From IMG/VR virus record IMGVR_UViG_3300025529_000003: DNA of 48,626 nucleotides; one strand, given 5' to 3'. Under the pieces are notes generated by a model. That model did no database searches, was not told the origin of the DNA, and saw only the letters and a program-made list of their open reading frames with translations. Shown here piece after piece: positions 39,729 through 48,626 of the stretch (the stretch's first letter is position 1; every line of letters begins with the position of its first letter). A program made the translations under genes and the position numbers. The stretch is from a virus.

Positions 39729-39752
39729 AAAGAGCGCCCCGAAGGGCGCCCT
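39729..39752 (-). terminator. Terminator or attenuator after the capsid gene.
   Basis: AGGGCGCC-cttc-GGGGCGCTCT followed by TTCTC. Confidence 0.55.
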
Positions 39753-39755
39753 TCA

Positions 39756-40841
39756 TCAGATCACCTTCGCCGAAATGACGGAGTCCGCGTACGGGAACAC
39801 CGGGAACGCGAGGTTCACGCCGACCGTGCGGATCCGCAGCGGGTGCTTCGACGCCAGATCGCGGAACACATAGATGCCCGCGTCTCCCGTGGTTTCCGCC
39901 TCGATGCCGTCGACCAGTTCCTCCGTGGACGTCGCCCACAGGTAGTTGCCGAGCGAGCCGTCAGGCAGCATCACGAACCGGTCTTGCGGCGCCATGCGGA
40001 CCGTTTGGAACTGGAGTTTGCCGCTCGCCAGCTCATCCACTTCGACGCGTGCCTGCGTGTCGTACGTGATGATCCGCGGCAGACCGAGCGAATCCATCAC
40101 GGAATCAAGCTGCGATTGGTTGAGTTGCGGCGGCTCCGCCGTGCCGCTCGGGTTGCCGAAATAGTGCCGGCGCAGCGACAGGTTTTGCAGCAGATACGAC
40201 AGCACCTGCCGGCTCGTGAAAGCGCGCGTCAGGCGCACGCCGCGGTCCGCCTGGTAGTTCCACCAGGTTTGGATGTCCTGCAGCGGCTTCGACTCAGTCG
40301 TGTTGCTCCACAAGCTTGTGCCGGACAGTTCGGGTTTTTGTTCCGGCTTGTAGCCCCAGTCGACTTGGATGCGAACGTCGCCTTCAACATAGTTGATTGC
40401 GCCAAGTGAAACGGCCTGCATGGCGACCCATTCTTTCCGCGCGCGGATGGCGTCCACGCAGTATTGCGCGTCGTTCAGTTGCTCGCGTACGATTTGCGCG
40501 ACTTCTTGCCGGCGCAGGCCGCCACCTTGCCCAGCCATCAGGAGCAGTCGGATCAGCTTTTCGTCCATCCAGCGACCGCGCTGAATTTTCGGGATTTCCA
40601 CCCGTTGACCCTTCATGCCCTCGCGCGAACCGTAGCGCGTCTCCGTACCCAGCTCGGCGATTTGCGCCATGACCGGCAGGCGGTTTTCGCTCATGATGAC
40701 GTCAACCGTCAGTTCGTCGGTCTGACGCGACGGGAACAACGTTTCGTGCAGGTATTCGTTCGGAATCGAAAGGTTGCGCGCGTATACGAGCAGTTCTTCG
40801 CCCGACAGCGCTTCTTCAAGCATCAACAGTTCGTCAGCCAT
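39756..40841 (-). CDS. Major capsid protein, lambda gpE-like family.
   Basis: 361 aa. Follows the scaffold and decoration genes. Confidence 0.8.
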   Translation of the reverse strand: MADELLMLEEALSGEELLVYARNLSIPNEYLHETLFPSRQTDELTVDVIMSENRLPVMAQIAELGTETRYGSREGMKGQRVEIPKIQRGRWMDEKLIRLLLMAGQGGGLRRQEVAQIVREQLNDAQYCVDAIRARKEWVAMQAVSLGAINYVEGDVRIQVDWGYKPEQKPELSGTSLWSNTTESKPLQDIQTWWNYQADRGVRLTRAFTSRQVLSYLLQNLSLRRHYFGNPSGTAEPPQLNQSQLDSVMDSLGLPRIITYDTQARVEVDELASGKLQFQTVRMAPQDRFVMLPDGSLGNYLWATSTEELVDGIEAETTGDAGIYVFRDLASKHPLRIRTVGVNLAFPVFPYADSVISAKVI

Positions 40842-40869
40842 GATTCCACCTCATCCCCTTCTGTTGAGA

Positions 40870-41244
40870 TTAAGCAAAGACGATATGCGGCATCTTCTGC
40901 CGCAGCGTGTCGTCCACGGTGACCGGAATCCGGGCCGCGATCACTTTAGCAACCTCGTAAGCACCGACGACGTGGTCGCCATCCCGGACGTTCACAGTCC
41001 GTTTCAGGATGACCGACGGTTTTTCGCTGCCGTCGTTGCCGGCCGGGTTGTACGGCACATATTTGCCGTTGGCCAGTTTCGCCATCGGCATGCCCTTCTT
41101 GATGATCTTGTCGCCGTTGCTGTCGGCGGTGATTGCCGAAGAATCGATCGTGATGCCATTCGTCACCTCGCGGACGACTTCCAGCGACGCCAGGATTTCG
41201 TAATCGTCGTCGACGATGAACTGTTCCTTCGGTTGCAGTCGCAT
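40870..41244 (-). CDS. Putative head decoration protein.
   Basis: 124 aa, immediately before the capsid gene. Confidence 0.5.
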   Translation of the reverse strand: MRLQPKEQFIVDDDYEILASLEVVREVTNGITIDSSAITADSNGDKIIKKGMPMAKLANGKYVPYNPAGNDGSEKPSVILKRTVNVRDGDHVVGAYEVAKVIAARIPVTVDDTLRQKMPHIVFA

Positions 41245-41260
41245 CCTTCATGCACCTCCG

Positions 41261-41974
41261 TTATTTTCGTGCCCACGGGTCGTTTTCAGGTTTAGTGACG
41301 ACGCCGCGGTTCTTTGCGAGTTCGATCAGCCGATCATGCGACTTCTTTTTCTCGTCCGGGGAGTTGCGGACGTCGGCGCCGAAGCGGCCGGCACCAGGTT
41401 TCGGCTTCAGCAGGTGCGGCTTCTTCTTGGCCAGCGCCTCGAGCGCTTCTTTCACGCCCTCGATCTCGCCCTTGTCGTTTTCCTTGCATTTCGACAAGTC
41501 GGCGAGTTTCAGGGCGTCCTCCCAGTCGGCGAACCCGAGTTCATTCGCCACGATTTTGACCTCGGCTGTGAGCAGGCGCTGATATGTCTTCGCGTTCTGC
41601 TCTTTCAGGCGCTCATCCAGCAGCTTTTCGATGTCGGCCGGATCGGTCTTCTTGTCATCGCCTTCTTTGCCTTTGGAGCCTCCATCGGGCTTTTTCAGCG
41701 CCGCTTGGAGTGCTTCTACCGAGTCGAAGCCCAACTCCTTCGCCAGCGCCTTTTGCGCGGCCTTCTCAGCCCGTGAGAGCCGCGACTGAATGGCTGCGTC
41801 AAGCTCGGCCTGCGTGAACTTCTTTTCGCCACCGTCGCCAGCGCCTCCGCCTTTTGCCCCGTCACCATCACCGCCACCATTGCCGCCGCCGGAGCCGCCG
41901 GAGCCGCCCCCATCTTCGGCAAACAGTTGCAGATCGAGCGGAAGCAGAAAGGGTCTTCTTATGGTTTCGAACAT
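41261..41974 (-). CDS. Scaffolding protein, DUF4355-like.
   Basis: N-terminal LDLQLFAE, Gly-rich tract, Lys/Glu/Ala helical body. Confidence 0.7.
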   Translation of the reverse strand: MFETIRRPFLLPLDLQLFAEDGGGSGGSGGGNGGGDGDGAKGGGAGDGGEKKFTQAELDAAIQSRLSRAEKAAQKALAKELGFDSVEALQAALKKPDGGSKGKEGDDKKTDPADIEKLLDERLKEQNAKTYQRLLTAEVKIVANELGFADWEDALKLADLSKCKENDKGEIEGVKEALEALAKKKPHLLKPKPGAGRFGADVRNSPDEKKKSHDRLIELAKNRGVVTKPENDPWARK

Positions 41975-42053
41975 GGTTTTGACCTCCGTTTTTAAGCCTG
42001 GGTCGGCTGTTTTCCCGCCGGAGCTTTTAACGACTTCACGGCGTGTTGGTCAT

Positions 42054-42087
42054 GAAAAAGGGCCCACGGAAGTCTCATCCGGGGCCC
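42054..42087 (-). terminator. Intrinsic terminator before the scaffold gene.
   Basis: GGGCCC-16 nt-GGGCCC followed by TTTTTCATG. Confidence 0.6.
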
Positions 42088-42088
42088 G

Positions 42089-42319
42089 CTACCTTTCCAT
42101 CTCTCGAATAACCATGTGTTTTCCGCACTCGAGCAATCCAATGATTTCAGTGTCCAGTGTGTCACTCCAACCCACTTTGATCTCTCCATTTGGCTGCCGA
42201 GCGACAAACACAACCGAATCGACAAGCCCCATCTCAATGGCCTGCATGAGATTTTCAACACAGGCCCGCGGCGTTACCCTGCCCTCGCGCTTGGCTCGAT
42301 GCTCAAGGATATCGTTCAC
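42089..42319 (-). CDS. Hypothetical 76-aa protein.
   Basis: GGGGTGA RBS with a GTG start. Confidence 0.5.
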   Translation of the reverse strand: MNDILEHRAKREGRVTPRACVENLMQAIEMGLVDSVVFVARQPNGEIKVGWSDTLDTEIIGLLECGKHMVIREMER

Positions 42320-42325
42320 CGGTAA

Positions 42326-42706
42326 TCACCCCGTCAAACCTCTTTTCAGCGCCACAAGCCCGCGGCTGATCGCATCGATTGCTTGTTCAAGCGCGCAGTG
42401 CCTCAATTCGTCTTCGTGATCTGGGGTAACAGCGACCAGATGGAGATGCAGGAGTTCATGAACCAACGTAAGTTCCATATCCTGCTCTTCCATCAAGCCG
42501 TCTGGATAATCGACAGGATCAAGAATGCGGATTGACGCCATGCGCTTCTCAAGTGTCCATTCAACTTCTCCGCAGCGGTTCTCGCCTTTCATGTCTCGTT
42601 CCCGGAAGATCGAAACGTTGATGATCCAATCCTGCAGCCGCAGGATCTTTTGCCATTCCGCTAATTTAGCGCGAAGTTCGTCTTCGGTCTGAATGACGGC
42701 GCTCAT
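42326..42706 (-). CDS. Hypothetical protein with an HExxH motif.
   Basis: LVHELLHLH. AAAGGAGGG RBS before MSAVIQ. Confidence 0.5.
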   Translation of the reverse strand: MSAVIQTEDELRAKLAEWQKILRLQDWIINVSIFRERDMKGENRCGEVEWTLEKRMASIRILDPVDYPDGLMEEQDMELTLVHELLHLHLVAVTPDHEDELRHCALEQAIDAISRGLVALKRGLTG

Positions 42707-42831
42707 CCCGCTTTTCCCTCCTTTCGAAGAAAACATCGGCCGCAATCAAAACCGCCGCGATCACCAACCACAGCGGCCAATAGGTTACTAACTTTTCGCC
42801 TTCGGTCATGTGGATCATGTCATGGATAAAC

Positions 42832-43893
42832 CTATCCATCGGCCTCGCCCGCCTTTATCATTGCGTTAACCTTTCGATAAACCTCCTGCAGTTCTCGGTA
42901 CGACTGCGTATTCCGCGCCTTCATGCTGGCGAATGTCCGCAGGTCAGGCGTATCGTCGGGAAGCACCGCCTTATAGCGGATCCATTGCTTGCGCGTCGCG
43001 TTCTTGCGCGACTTTTCGCGCTGCAGCTCGTTGTAACGCCGGATATTCGCTTCAGTCCGGTTGTCCACGAACGGCCGGTTCGATTGCTCGATCATGCGCT
43101 GGACCTCGTCCGGCGACGTCAGCTCCTCGATCCACGGCGTGAGCGAATGGACACAGTGGGAATGGTACGGCGGCCGCTGCTCAAGCTTCGGGAACCGTGG
43201 ATCGTTTCCGCTGATCGAGTACACGCGGCCCTGGTATTTGGCGCAATATTCGCATGTGATGCCGACGGCGTTGACATAGACGAGATCGATGCCGTTCTGA
43301 ATTGCCATGTTCTCGGTACCGGTGACGTGCGCCTTGCGCTGGTGGTAGTGGATCACGCCGGTCATGTACTTGTCGGCCGGCACCCGGGCGCCGTTCCGGG
43401 TAACGATGCCGGTAATGCCCTGCTGGTTCAGCTCGGCGACGGCCTGATGCGTCGCTTCTCGGCGGCTCATGCCGGTCAGCAGCGACCGCTCGTTCGCCCG
43501 CCTGACGGCCTCTTCGACGCGCCACTTCGCATCCGCGCTCATGTTGTCGCTGGCCTCGAGGATCGAATAAAATGCCTCGTCCATGATCGCCTGCGCGGCC
43601 CTCTGGTGGATTAACGGCCGGAGCGTCGTGTTGATCGATTCCGCGGCCATGCCGGCCCGGATCATGCTCGTCACGGCCTCCGCGGCGCCGGCGTGGTACG
43701 ACTCGCTGATCATACCCGCCATTTGCTGGCCGGTCTGTCCGGTCAATTCGGCAATGATCGCCTCCACCTGCCGCAGCAGATCGTTCTTCCGCCGCTGAGA
43801 GATCGAACCATCCTCGAGCGATTGGACCAGCTCGCGCAAGCGCTCGTCCGCGCGGACGTAGAGCGCGATGATTTTTTCTGCCGACGTCGCCAT
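42832..43893 (-). CDS. Head morphogenesis protein, SPP1 gp7 / Mu F family.
   Basis: CEYCAKYQGRVYS...PPYHSHCVHSL. Confidence 0.8.
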   Translation of the reverse strand: MATSAEKIIALYVRADERLRELVQSLEDGSISQRRKNDLLRQVEAIIAELTGQTGQQMAGMISESYHAGAAEAVTSMIRAGMAAESINTTLRPLIHQRAAQAIMDEAFYSILEASDNMSADAKWRVEEAVRRANERSLLTGMSRREATHQAVAELNQQGITGIVTRNGARVPADKYMTGVIHYHQRKAHVTGTENMAIQNGIDLVYVNAVGITCEYCAKYQGRVYSISGNDPRFPKLEQRPPYHSHCVHSLTPWIEELTSPDEVQRMIEQSNRPFVDNRTEANIRRYNELQREKSRKNATRKQWIRYKAVLPDDTPDLRTFASMKARNTQSYRELQEVYRKVNAMIKAGEADG

Positions 43894-43894
43894 A

Positions 43895-45427
43895 TCACAG
43901 CGTCACCCGCGGCGGCTGCACGAAGGTCGGGTTCAGCGTATCGACCGCCTTCTCTTCTTGAATCTTGCGGATTTCCTCCTCAATCGCTTTCTCCGACCAA
44001 TCCGGATGGATGCGGCGGACCGTCGTCTCAAGCGACTGGACGCCGGCTTCGTAGGATGCGCGCTCTTCCTCATTCTGCTCGGACTCGGCCTTCGGCAACA
44101 TGTCGCCCCATTCGATGACCGGCGCCTTTACCTCGTACTGCGTACCGCCGAGCGTGTTTTCAAGAATGATGCACTTGCGGATGGCGTCCTTGATCGCCGT
44201 GTCGAACTTCGCCTTGATTGCCTCGGCCTTGATTACGCTTTGAATCCAGAGGTAGAGGAGTGCAATTGCCGACGATCCAGTTCCCGGCTCAAGGCCGGCG
44301 GCCTGCGGCGATGTCTTCGTGATCGCGAGCATGTACTTGATGAGCCGCGTCACGTGCTCGAAGCTCTGCTGCGTCTTCGCGTCCCACGTGATGTACTGCG
44401 GCACCGCGCCCTTGTTCTCATCGTAGGACACGACTTCGAGATCGGCGTTCCGGACGAACCGCTGGCCGTAGTGCTGGTGGTTCGTGTTCGCCACAGTGTC
44501 CCAGAGCGAGCGCGGTATGGCCAGCTTCGGCTTGCCGTGTTTCTCGAAGATCACAGCGTCCCGGGTGATGGTCCAGTTGATCTCCTCTTGGATCATGTCG
44601 ACATTCCGGAGCGCCGAACGGCCACGCGGTCTCGTAAGCGTCTCGTCATTCGTAACGACACCACACATGAGTTCAGTCATGCCGACCAACTCCACGTCTT
44701 CCGGGATGTCGACGTTGTACTTGCGCGCATACTCCTGCACATCCATCTCCTCCGAGACGCTGTCGCCCTTCATTCGGAACACCATCTGCTGCATCGTCAG
44801 GCCAGTTTCGGTCAGGCGTTGGCGCTCGACGCGGAGAAACTGCTCCGTATTGACGCCGTCGCCGTGATTCTCGATCCACACGATGTCGGCGCCGAGGCCG
44901 TCCTGATGCGGGAAGAACATATCGCGCAGTACCCATTCGAACCATGTCCGATTGCGCGCACCGTCGCGGCGAATACGATACGCAATCATGCCGTCTACCT
45001 GGTGCTGCGTCACAGCCGCCCACAGCCCACTGCTAACTTTCGACGCCTCGACGACGCCGGAAACGAATTCGAGTTCCGGATCCCGTTCCGAGTCCGCCGA
45101 GATGTTGCCGAGAGACCGGTTCAGGAGATCGGCCGGCAGTTCCGCGACCAGGCTGCAGAAATTGACGACGATATACGGAACGCCACTCTCTACGACCTCT
45201 GTGACCTGTTCCCATTCCTTCAGCGACTTCCGGCGCCAGCGGTATCGTTTGTCTTTCCCCGCGTGCCGCGCCCGAGGGAAGATGTCCGCGTGGTCGCCGT
45301 CGTACAGCTTGCGGTAGTAGTTGGTCTCAGCGACTTCGACGTCAAATGGCGGCGGTGGAAACTGCTTGCGAGCGTATTCGATGGTCAGTGGAATCACCCC
45401 ATTTCTGCAAAAGAAAAAGCCGCTCAA
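43895..45427 (-). CDS. Portal protein, SPP1 gp6-like. Start uncertain.
   Basis: 510 aa, between terL and the gp7-like gene. Confidence 0.8.
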   Translation of the reverse strand: MSGFFFCRNGVIPLTIEYARKQFPPPPFDVEVAETNYYRKLYDGDHADIFPRARHAGKDKRYRWRRKSLKEWEQVTEVVESGVPYIVVNFCSLVAELPADLLNRSLGNISADSERDPELEFVSGVVEASKVSSGLWAAVTQHQVDGMIAYRIRRDGARNRTWFEWVLRDMFFPHQDGLGADIVWIENHGDGVNTEQFLRVERQRLTETGLTMQQMVFRMKGDSVSEEMDVQEYARKYNVDIPEDVELVGMTELMCGVVTNDETLTRPRGRSALRNVDMIQEEINWTITRDAVIFEKHGKPKLAIPRSLWDTVANTNHQHYGQRFVRNADLEVVSYDENKGAVPQYITWDAKTQQSFEHVTRLIKYMLAITKTSPQAAGLEPGTGSSAIALLYLWIQSVIKAEAIKAKFDTAIKDAIRKCIILENTLGGTQYEVKAPVIEWGDMLPKAESEQNEEERASYEAGVQSLETTVRRIHPDWSEKAIEEEIRKIQEEKAVDTLNPTFVQPPRVTL

Positions 45428-45523
45428 TTGAGAGACTTTCGATTTCCTTCATTTGGTTTCAGGTACGAAGCACGGCATGTCCGACAATTCTTTGTCGTTC
45501 ATCCATGCACGCATGTTACCACA

Positions 45524-46954
45524 TCACCAACCCGCCGGCCGCTGACCGCTGAACGGCAAACTGCGTTCTTCCACGAACGCCAGCACGACAGCGTCCGCCC
45601 GGTCCGGCGAGTCCAGCCCGCGCTTCTTCATATCTTCCTTGCGCTCCAGCGCGAGTTTGCCTCGGCTCGTCATCCGGTACTTCCGCTGCGACAGCTGCGC
45701 GATCAGCCGGTCGTCGTTCGGCAGTTCGATCGTAGGTTCTTCGCCTCGCATGTGCCGCGAGAAGCTGTCCTGCAGCAGATCCCGGACCGTCGCCCAAGTC
45801 TCGGTGCCGCGGTTCTCGTAATGCTCTTCCTCGTCCGATGTCGGCTTGCCGCTGTTGTTGACCGGAACCACCGTCCAATCATATAGCCGATCCTCGTGGA
45901 TCACCTCGTTGAGTCGGTCCGTTACGCCGCCGCCGACGCCGGTGTCGTCGACCTTGATCACAACCCGGCGGATGTGCGTGTACTGCTGCAGCATCTCCCG
46001 GACCGTCGCGATCACACAGCCGGCCGTCACCATCGTGTCCTGCTTGTGGTATGCGCGCAGGTCGAACACCTTGCCACCAATCCGCGGCGCGATGACGGTC
46101 TCATCGTCGCCGAAGCGCGCCACGTCGACACCGATGTGCAGCGTATCACCCGTCGGCCGGACCGTCGAGTTTGCTGCGTGCTCCACCAACTCGAGCGCGA
46201 TGAAAGCATCCGACTCAGCCTTCGGGAACTCTCCATACACGCGCACGCGCACGACGTCGCTGTCGGTGCCGTACTTGTCGATCAGCATCTGGATGTTCTC
46301 GCGGCTCGTGCGCGCGCTGTCCCGGCTGTCGACCTTATGAGTCTTGAATCGCTTGCGGTCGCGGTTGTGCGAATCATAAAAAACACCCGACGTTCTCGTC
46401 GGGTTTCCGCACATGAGCAGCTTGTTCTCGGGCCCAGAGAGCGTGCCGAGAATCGCTTCCATGATCGGATCAGCCACCCCGGACGCCTCATCGACGATGA
46501 ACAGCATGTAGTCTTCGTGGAAGCCCTGCATGTTCTCCGGTCTCGTCGCCGTCCGTGTCGTCGCAAACCAGCGTTCTTCGTGGCCGATCATGTAGACCTT
46601 CGTCTTCGTCCACTTCAGCAACCGCCGGATTTTCGCCTTCTCCAGCCACTTTGCAACTTCGGCCCAGAGCACATCCTGCAACTGCTGTTGAGTCGGCGCC
46701 GTGCAGATAACCTTCGGATTCGGTCGGCAACACAAGAACCAGATGACGGCCCATGACTCGAGCGCCGTCTTGCCGACTCCCTGACCGGACCGCACGCTCA
46801 CCCAACGATGCCCAGCGAGATCACGGAGAACGGCCCGCTGCCAATCGTCAGGTTCCGCGTCGAGCATATCCTGCACGAATGCGACTGGGTCATCCCAATA
46901 CACATCGAGCAGATTGACAAGCGTAGATTGGACGGTTTGACTACTCATCGTCAT
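45524..46954 (-). CDS. terL: Terminase large subunit.
   Basis: Walker A RSGQGVGKT. LFIVDEASG Walker B. C-terminal nuclease region. Confidence 0.9.
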   Translation of the reverse strand: MTMSSQTVQSTLVNLLDVYWDDPVAFVQDMLDAEPDDWQRAVLRDLAGHRWVSVRSGQGVGKTALESWAVIWFLCCRPNPKVICTAPTQQQLQDVLWAEVAKWLEKAKIRRLLKWTKTKVYMIGHEERWFATTRTATRPENMQGFHEDYMLFIVDEASGVADPIMEAILGTLSGPENKLLMCGNPTRTSGVFYDSHNRDRKRFKTHKVDSRDSARTSRENIQMLIDKYGTDSDVVRVRVYGEFPKAESDAFIALELVEHAANSTVRPTGDTLHIGVDVARFGDDETVIAPRIGGKVFDLRAYHKQDTMVTAGCVIATVREMLQQYTHIRRVVIKVDDTGVGGGVTDRLNEVIHEDRLYDWTVVPVNNSGKPTSDEEEHYENRGTETWATVRDLLQDSFSRHMRGEEPTIELPNDDRLIAQLSQRKYRMTSRGKLALERKEDMKKRGLDSPDRADAVVLAFVEERSLPFSGQRPAGW

Positions 46955-47756
46955 TCACCTGCTGCGCCCTCCGCCGCTCGGCGGCCTGTTTCAGCGCCGC
47001 TACCCAGTCTTCGGCGTCGGCGTTCTTGCCGCCGCCTTTGGCGCTTTCTACTTCGGCCTTGACCTTTTCGATCTGGGCCTCCATCAGCGCCAGTTTCATG
47101 CGGCGCTCGTCGTTCTCGGGCGCTGCGGCAAGAAACTGCTTGATCGAAGAGTTGAGCGCCGATATCGCGGCCGCCTGCGCCTTGAGATAAGTCGCGTAAC
47201 GGTCCCAGGCGAACTGGAATTCAAATTCTTCCTCAGTCACCACAGGTATGATCTCTTTGTCCTTCCCTCGACCTCTGGTGACGACATCGAACTTCCGCTT
47301 CTTCAGCTCTTTGATCATTTCGTCGCGATCTTTCACAAACATAATCTTCTGCGCGCGGATGATCGCGGCGAACTGCGTGGTGATGTTGTGCCAGAGCATG
47401 TCGAGCGGATCGGCCTCGGCCGCCAGATCATAGATTTCGAGGAACTCTTCGTCCTGCGGCATGTATTTGCGGTACAGCCCGTGCTTGACGGCGCGGTCGT
47501 TGCCCGGCGGAGCGCCCGGGCCGCCTTTGTTGCCCTTCGCGTTCTTGTTTCCTCTCGGTGCGCCGCGGCGAGGATCTTCGCGCTCCTCCCACTTGTAGTA
47601 GTGCTTCCATTTCCTCACCATTTCCGGCGAGATCCCGAGCTTCTCAGCGATCCACTTCGTCGAGCGCGGCCGGCCGGATTCACACCAAAGCTTGAAGGCT
47701 TTTTTTTCGATTGGACTGCGTTTCGGCGCCACTACATCCACCCCACCTCCGCACAA
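46941..47756 (-). CDS. terS: Terminase small subunit. The true start may be the GTG at 47732.
   Basis: N-terminal HTH (STKWIAEKLGISPEMVRKW). GAPRGNKNAKGNKGGPGAPPGN repeats. Overlaps terL. Confidence 0.8.
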   Translation of the reverse strand: MCGGGVDVVAPKRSPIEKKAFKLWCESGRPRSTKWIAEKLGISPEMVRKWKHYYKWEEREDPRRGAPRGNKNAKGNKGGPGAPPGNDRAVKHGLYRKYMPQDEEFLEIYDLAAEADPLDMLWHNITTQFAAIIRAQKIMFVKDRDEMIKELKKRKFDVVTRGRGKDKEIIPVVTEEEFEFQFAWDRYATYLKAQAAAISALNSSIKQFLAAAPENDERRMKLALMEAQIEKVKAEVESAKGGGKNADAEDWVAALKQAAERRRAQQVNDDE

Positions 47757-47813
47757 TTGAGTCTGTTTTCACGTTTTGGCCGCTTCGACCAAGAAAACTT
47801 TCCGTCGAAGCGA

Positions 47814-47838
47814 CGAAAAAACCGAGGTTTTCCCTCGG
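47814..47838 (-). terminator. Intrinsic terminator between the recombinase gene and terS.
   Basis: CCGAGG-gaaaa-CCTCGG followed by TTTTTTCG. A second 9-bp hairpin follows at 47781-47812. Confidence 0.7.
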
Positions 47839-47955
47839 CTGAACTTCCATCTTCTGACTCTACACTTTTACTAAACCTATATTCTGTCAAACTCGTAAAT
47901 TCGCTGATTCCGCAATTTTCAAGGCTTCTGCGGCTGTGAATTTTGAGTTTGACAG

Positions 47956-48564
47956 TCACCCGGTTTTTGTAAAACTCAACCTCAGAATCATGCGGTCAAG
48001 CATGTCCTGAGTGAGCCCCAAATACCGCAAAGTGACCTCCTGCGACTCGTGTCCGAACGCTTCCATGAGTAACGCCATGACGTAGCCCCACTGCTCCTTC
48101 GGGGCGTTCATAATCATATGATAGCCCCATGTCTTTCGCAGCGAGTGCGTGCCGATGTCCTCGAGGCCAAACCGCTGCGCGACGTCCGAAATCATGCGCC
48201 AGGCCATCTGCCTACTGATCGGCAGCCCTTTCTCGCCGGTCGCCTTCTTTTGCCGCGACGCGAATAAATATTCATCGTCATCCATGTCCTGAATGTAAAT
48301 CATCAGGTCGTCATAGTACGACGGATGGATGATGAATCTTTTTTCCTTCCGGCGCTTCCGGCGGTTCCTGGTCTTCTTTGCGACATAGTTGATATGCAAC
48401 TGGTCCCGGACATCGCCTACCTTGAGGCTCAACAGGTCCGACACGCGCAACCCGCAGTGGATGCCCATCGTGAACAGCAAGTAATTGCGGAAATTTCGAA
48501 CCTTCAAATAATTCTGGATTTCCACGATCAACTCGGGATCGCGGATCGGCTGGACTTCGCGCAT
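47956..48564 (-). CDS. Minimal tyrosine recombinase, 202 aa, essentially the catalytic domain only.
   Basis: GAGGTGGTG RBS before MREVQP. GLRVSDLLSL (R), HSLRKTWG (HxxR), FGHESQEVTLRYLG (H...Y). AT-richer than its neighbours. Confidence 0.8.
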   Translation of the reverse strand: MREVQPIRDPELIVEIQNYLKVRNFRNYLLFTMGIHCGLRVSDLLSLKVGDVRDQLHINYVAKKTRNRRKRRKEKRFIIHPSYYDDLMIYIQDMDDDEYLFASRQKKATGEKGLPISRQMAWRMISDVAQRFGLEDIGTHSLRKTWGYHMIMNAPKEQWGYVMALLMEAFGHESQEVTLRYLGLTQDMLDRMILRLSFTKTG

Positions 48565-48626
48565 ATCACCACCTCGCTTGAAAAATGGCAAAAGAAAAAG
48601 CACCCGCAGGTGCTACAAAATTTCAA
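48500..48626. repeat. Terminal direct repeat copy 2, identical to 1-127.
   Basis: Exact 127-nt identity with the window start. Confidence 0.95.

Noticed and set aside
42707-42809. A small hydrophobic minus-strand ORF (MTEGEKLVTYWPLWLVIAAVLIAADVFF...) between the gp7-like gene and the HExxH protein gene.
   Set aside because: No purine-rich RBS precedes the ATG, and it overlaps the better-supported start (AAAGGAGGG-ATG at 42706) in another frame.
1-48626. CRISPR arrays, rRNA genes, IS elements or transposases, retron/DGR reverse transcriptases, and canonical multi-gene defence systems.
   Set aside because: No regularly spaced repeat-spacer arrays. No rRNA-like segments. No transposase, reverse-transcriptase or cyclase/effector-type ORFs are recognisable in any frame.

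Overview
This window is a complete, circularly closed genome of a temperate siphovirus-type phage or excised prophage. Bases 1-127 are identical to 48500-48626, so the unique length is 48499 bp; 127 bp looks like an assembler k-mer overlap. The host is probably a moderately high-GC Bacillota (Paenibacillus-like). Evidence for that: Cheo-type LexA boxes, an XhlA/holin/SLH-type lysin cassette, a YolD-like gene and an ArpU late regulator.

Nearly all lytic genes are on the minus strand. In transcription order they are:
- cro-like switch and HTH genes (18496 down to 17564)
- recombination and replication: SbcC/Rad50-like ATPase, RecT, MBL nuclease, replisome organizer with internal ori-like repeats, G39P-like loader, DnaB, DUF1064, MmcB-like nuclease
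- a DNA-modification cluster: C5-MTase with 5 tandem TRD-like modules, PAPS-reductase-like PP-loop protein, beta-class N4/N6 MTase, Dam
- small early genes, then ArpU (1795-1349)
- about 960 bp of GC-rich non-coding DNA
- a Cys-rich protein and a minimal tyrosine recombinase (wrapping through the origin)
- terS, terL, portal, head, tail, tape measure, Dit and Tal (47756 down to 29033)
- lysis cassette (27006-25552)

The plus strand carries the lysogeny module: a cI-like repressor, four accessory genes, a large tyrosine integrase, and an attP with a tRNA 3'-half core and flanking arm repeats.

Most interesting observations:
1. A promoter-to-terminator structured RNA of about 420 nt with an embedded aberrant tRNA-like module, lying between ArpU and the packaging genes.
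2. Three serial intrinsic terminators before terS.
3. A duplicated LexA-box promoter cassette. One copy fires antisense through a repressor that has no cleavage domain.
4. Visibly AT-richer accessory cassettes: DUF3800 flanked by 11-bp direct repeats, an RHH plus secreted NucB/Excalibur nuclease operon, a tightly operated operon of tiny proteins including a very acidic one, and an orphan 205-aa gene.
5. Candidate cis-antisense sRNAs opposite the arpU leader and the lysis leader.

All family assignments come from motif recognition by eye. No database search, RNA folding or GC calculation was run.
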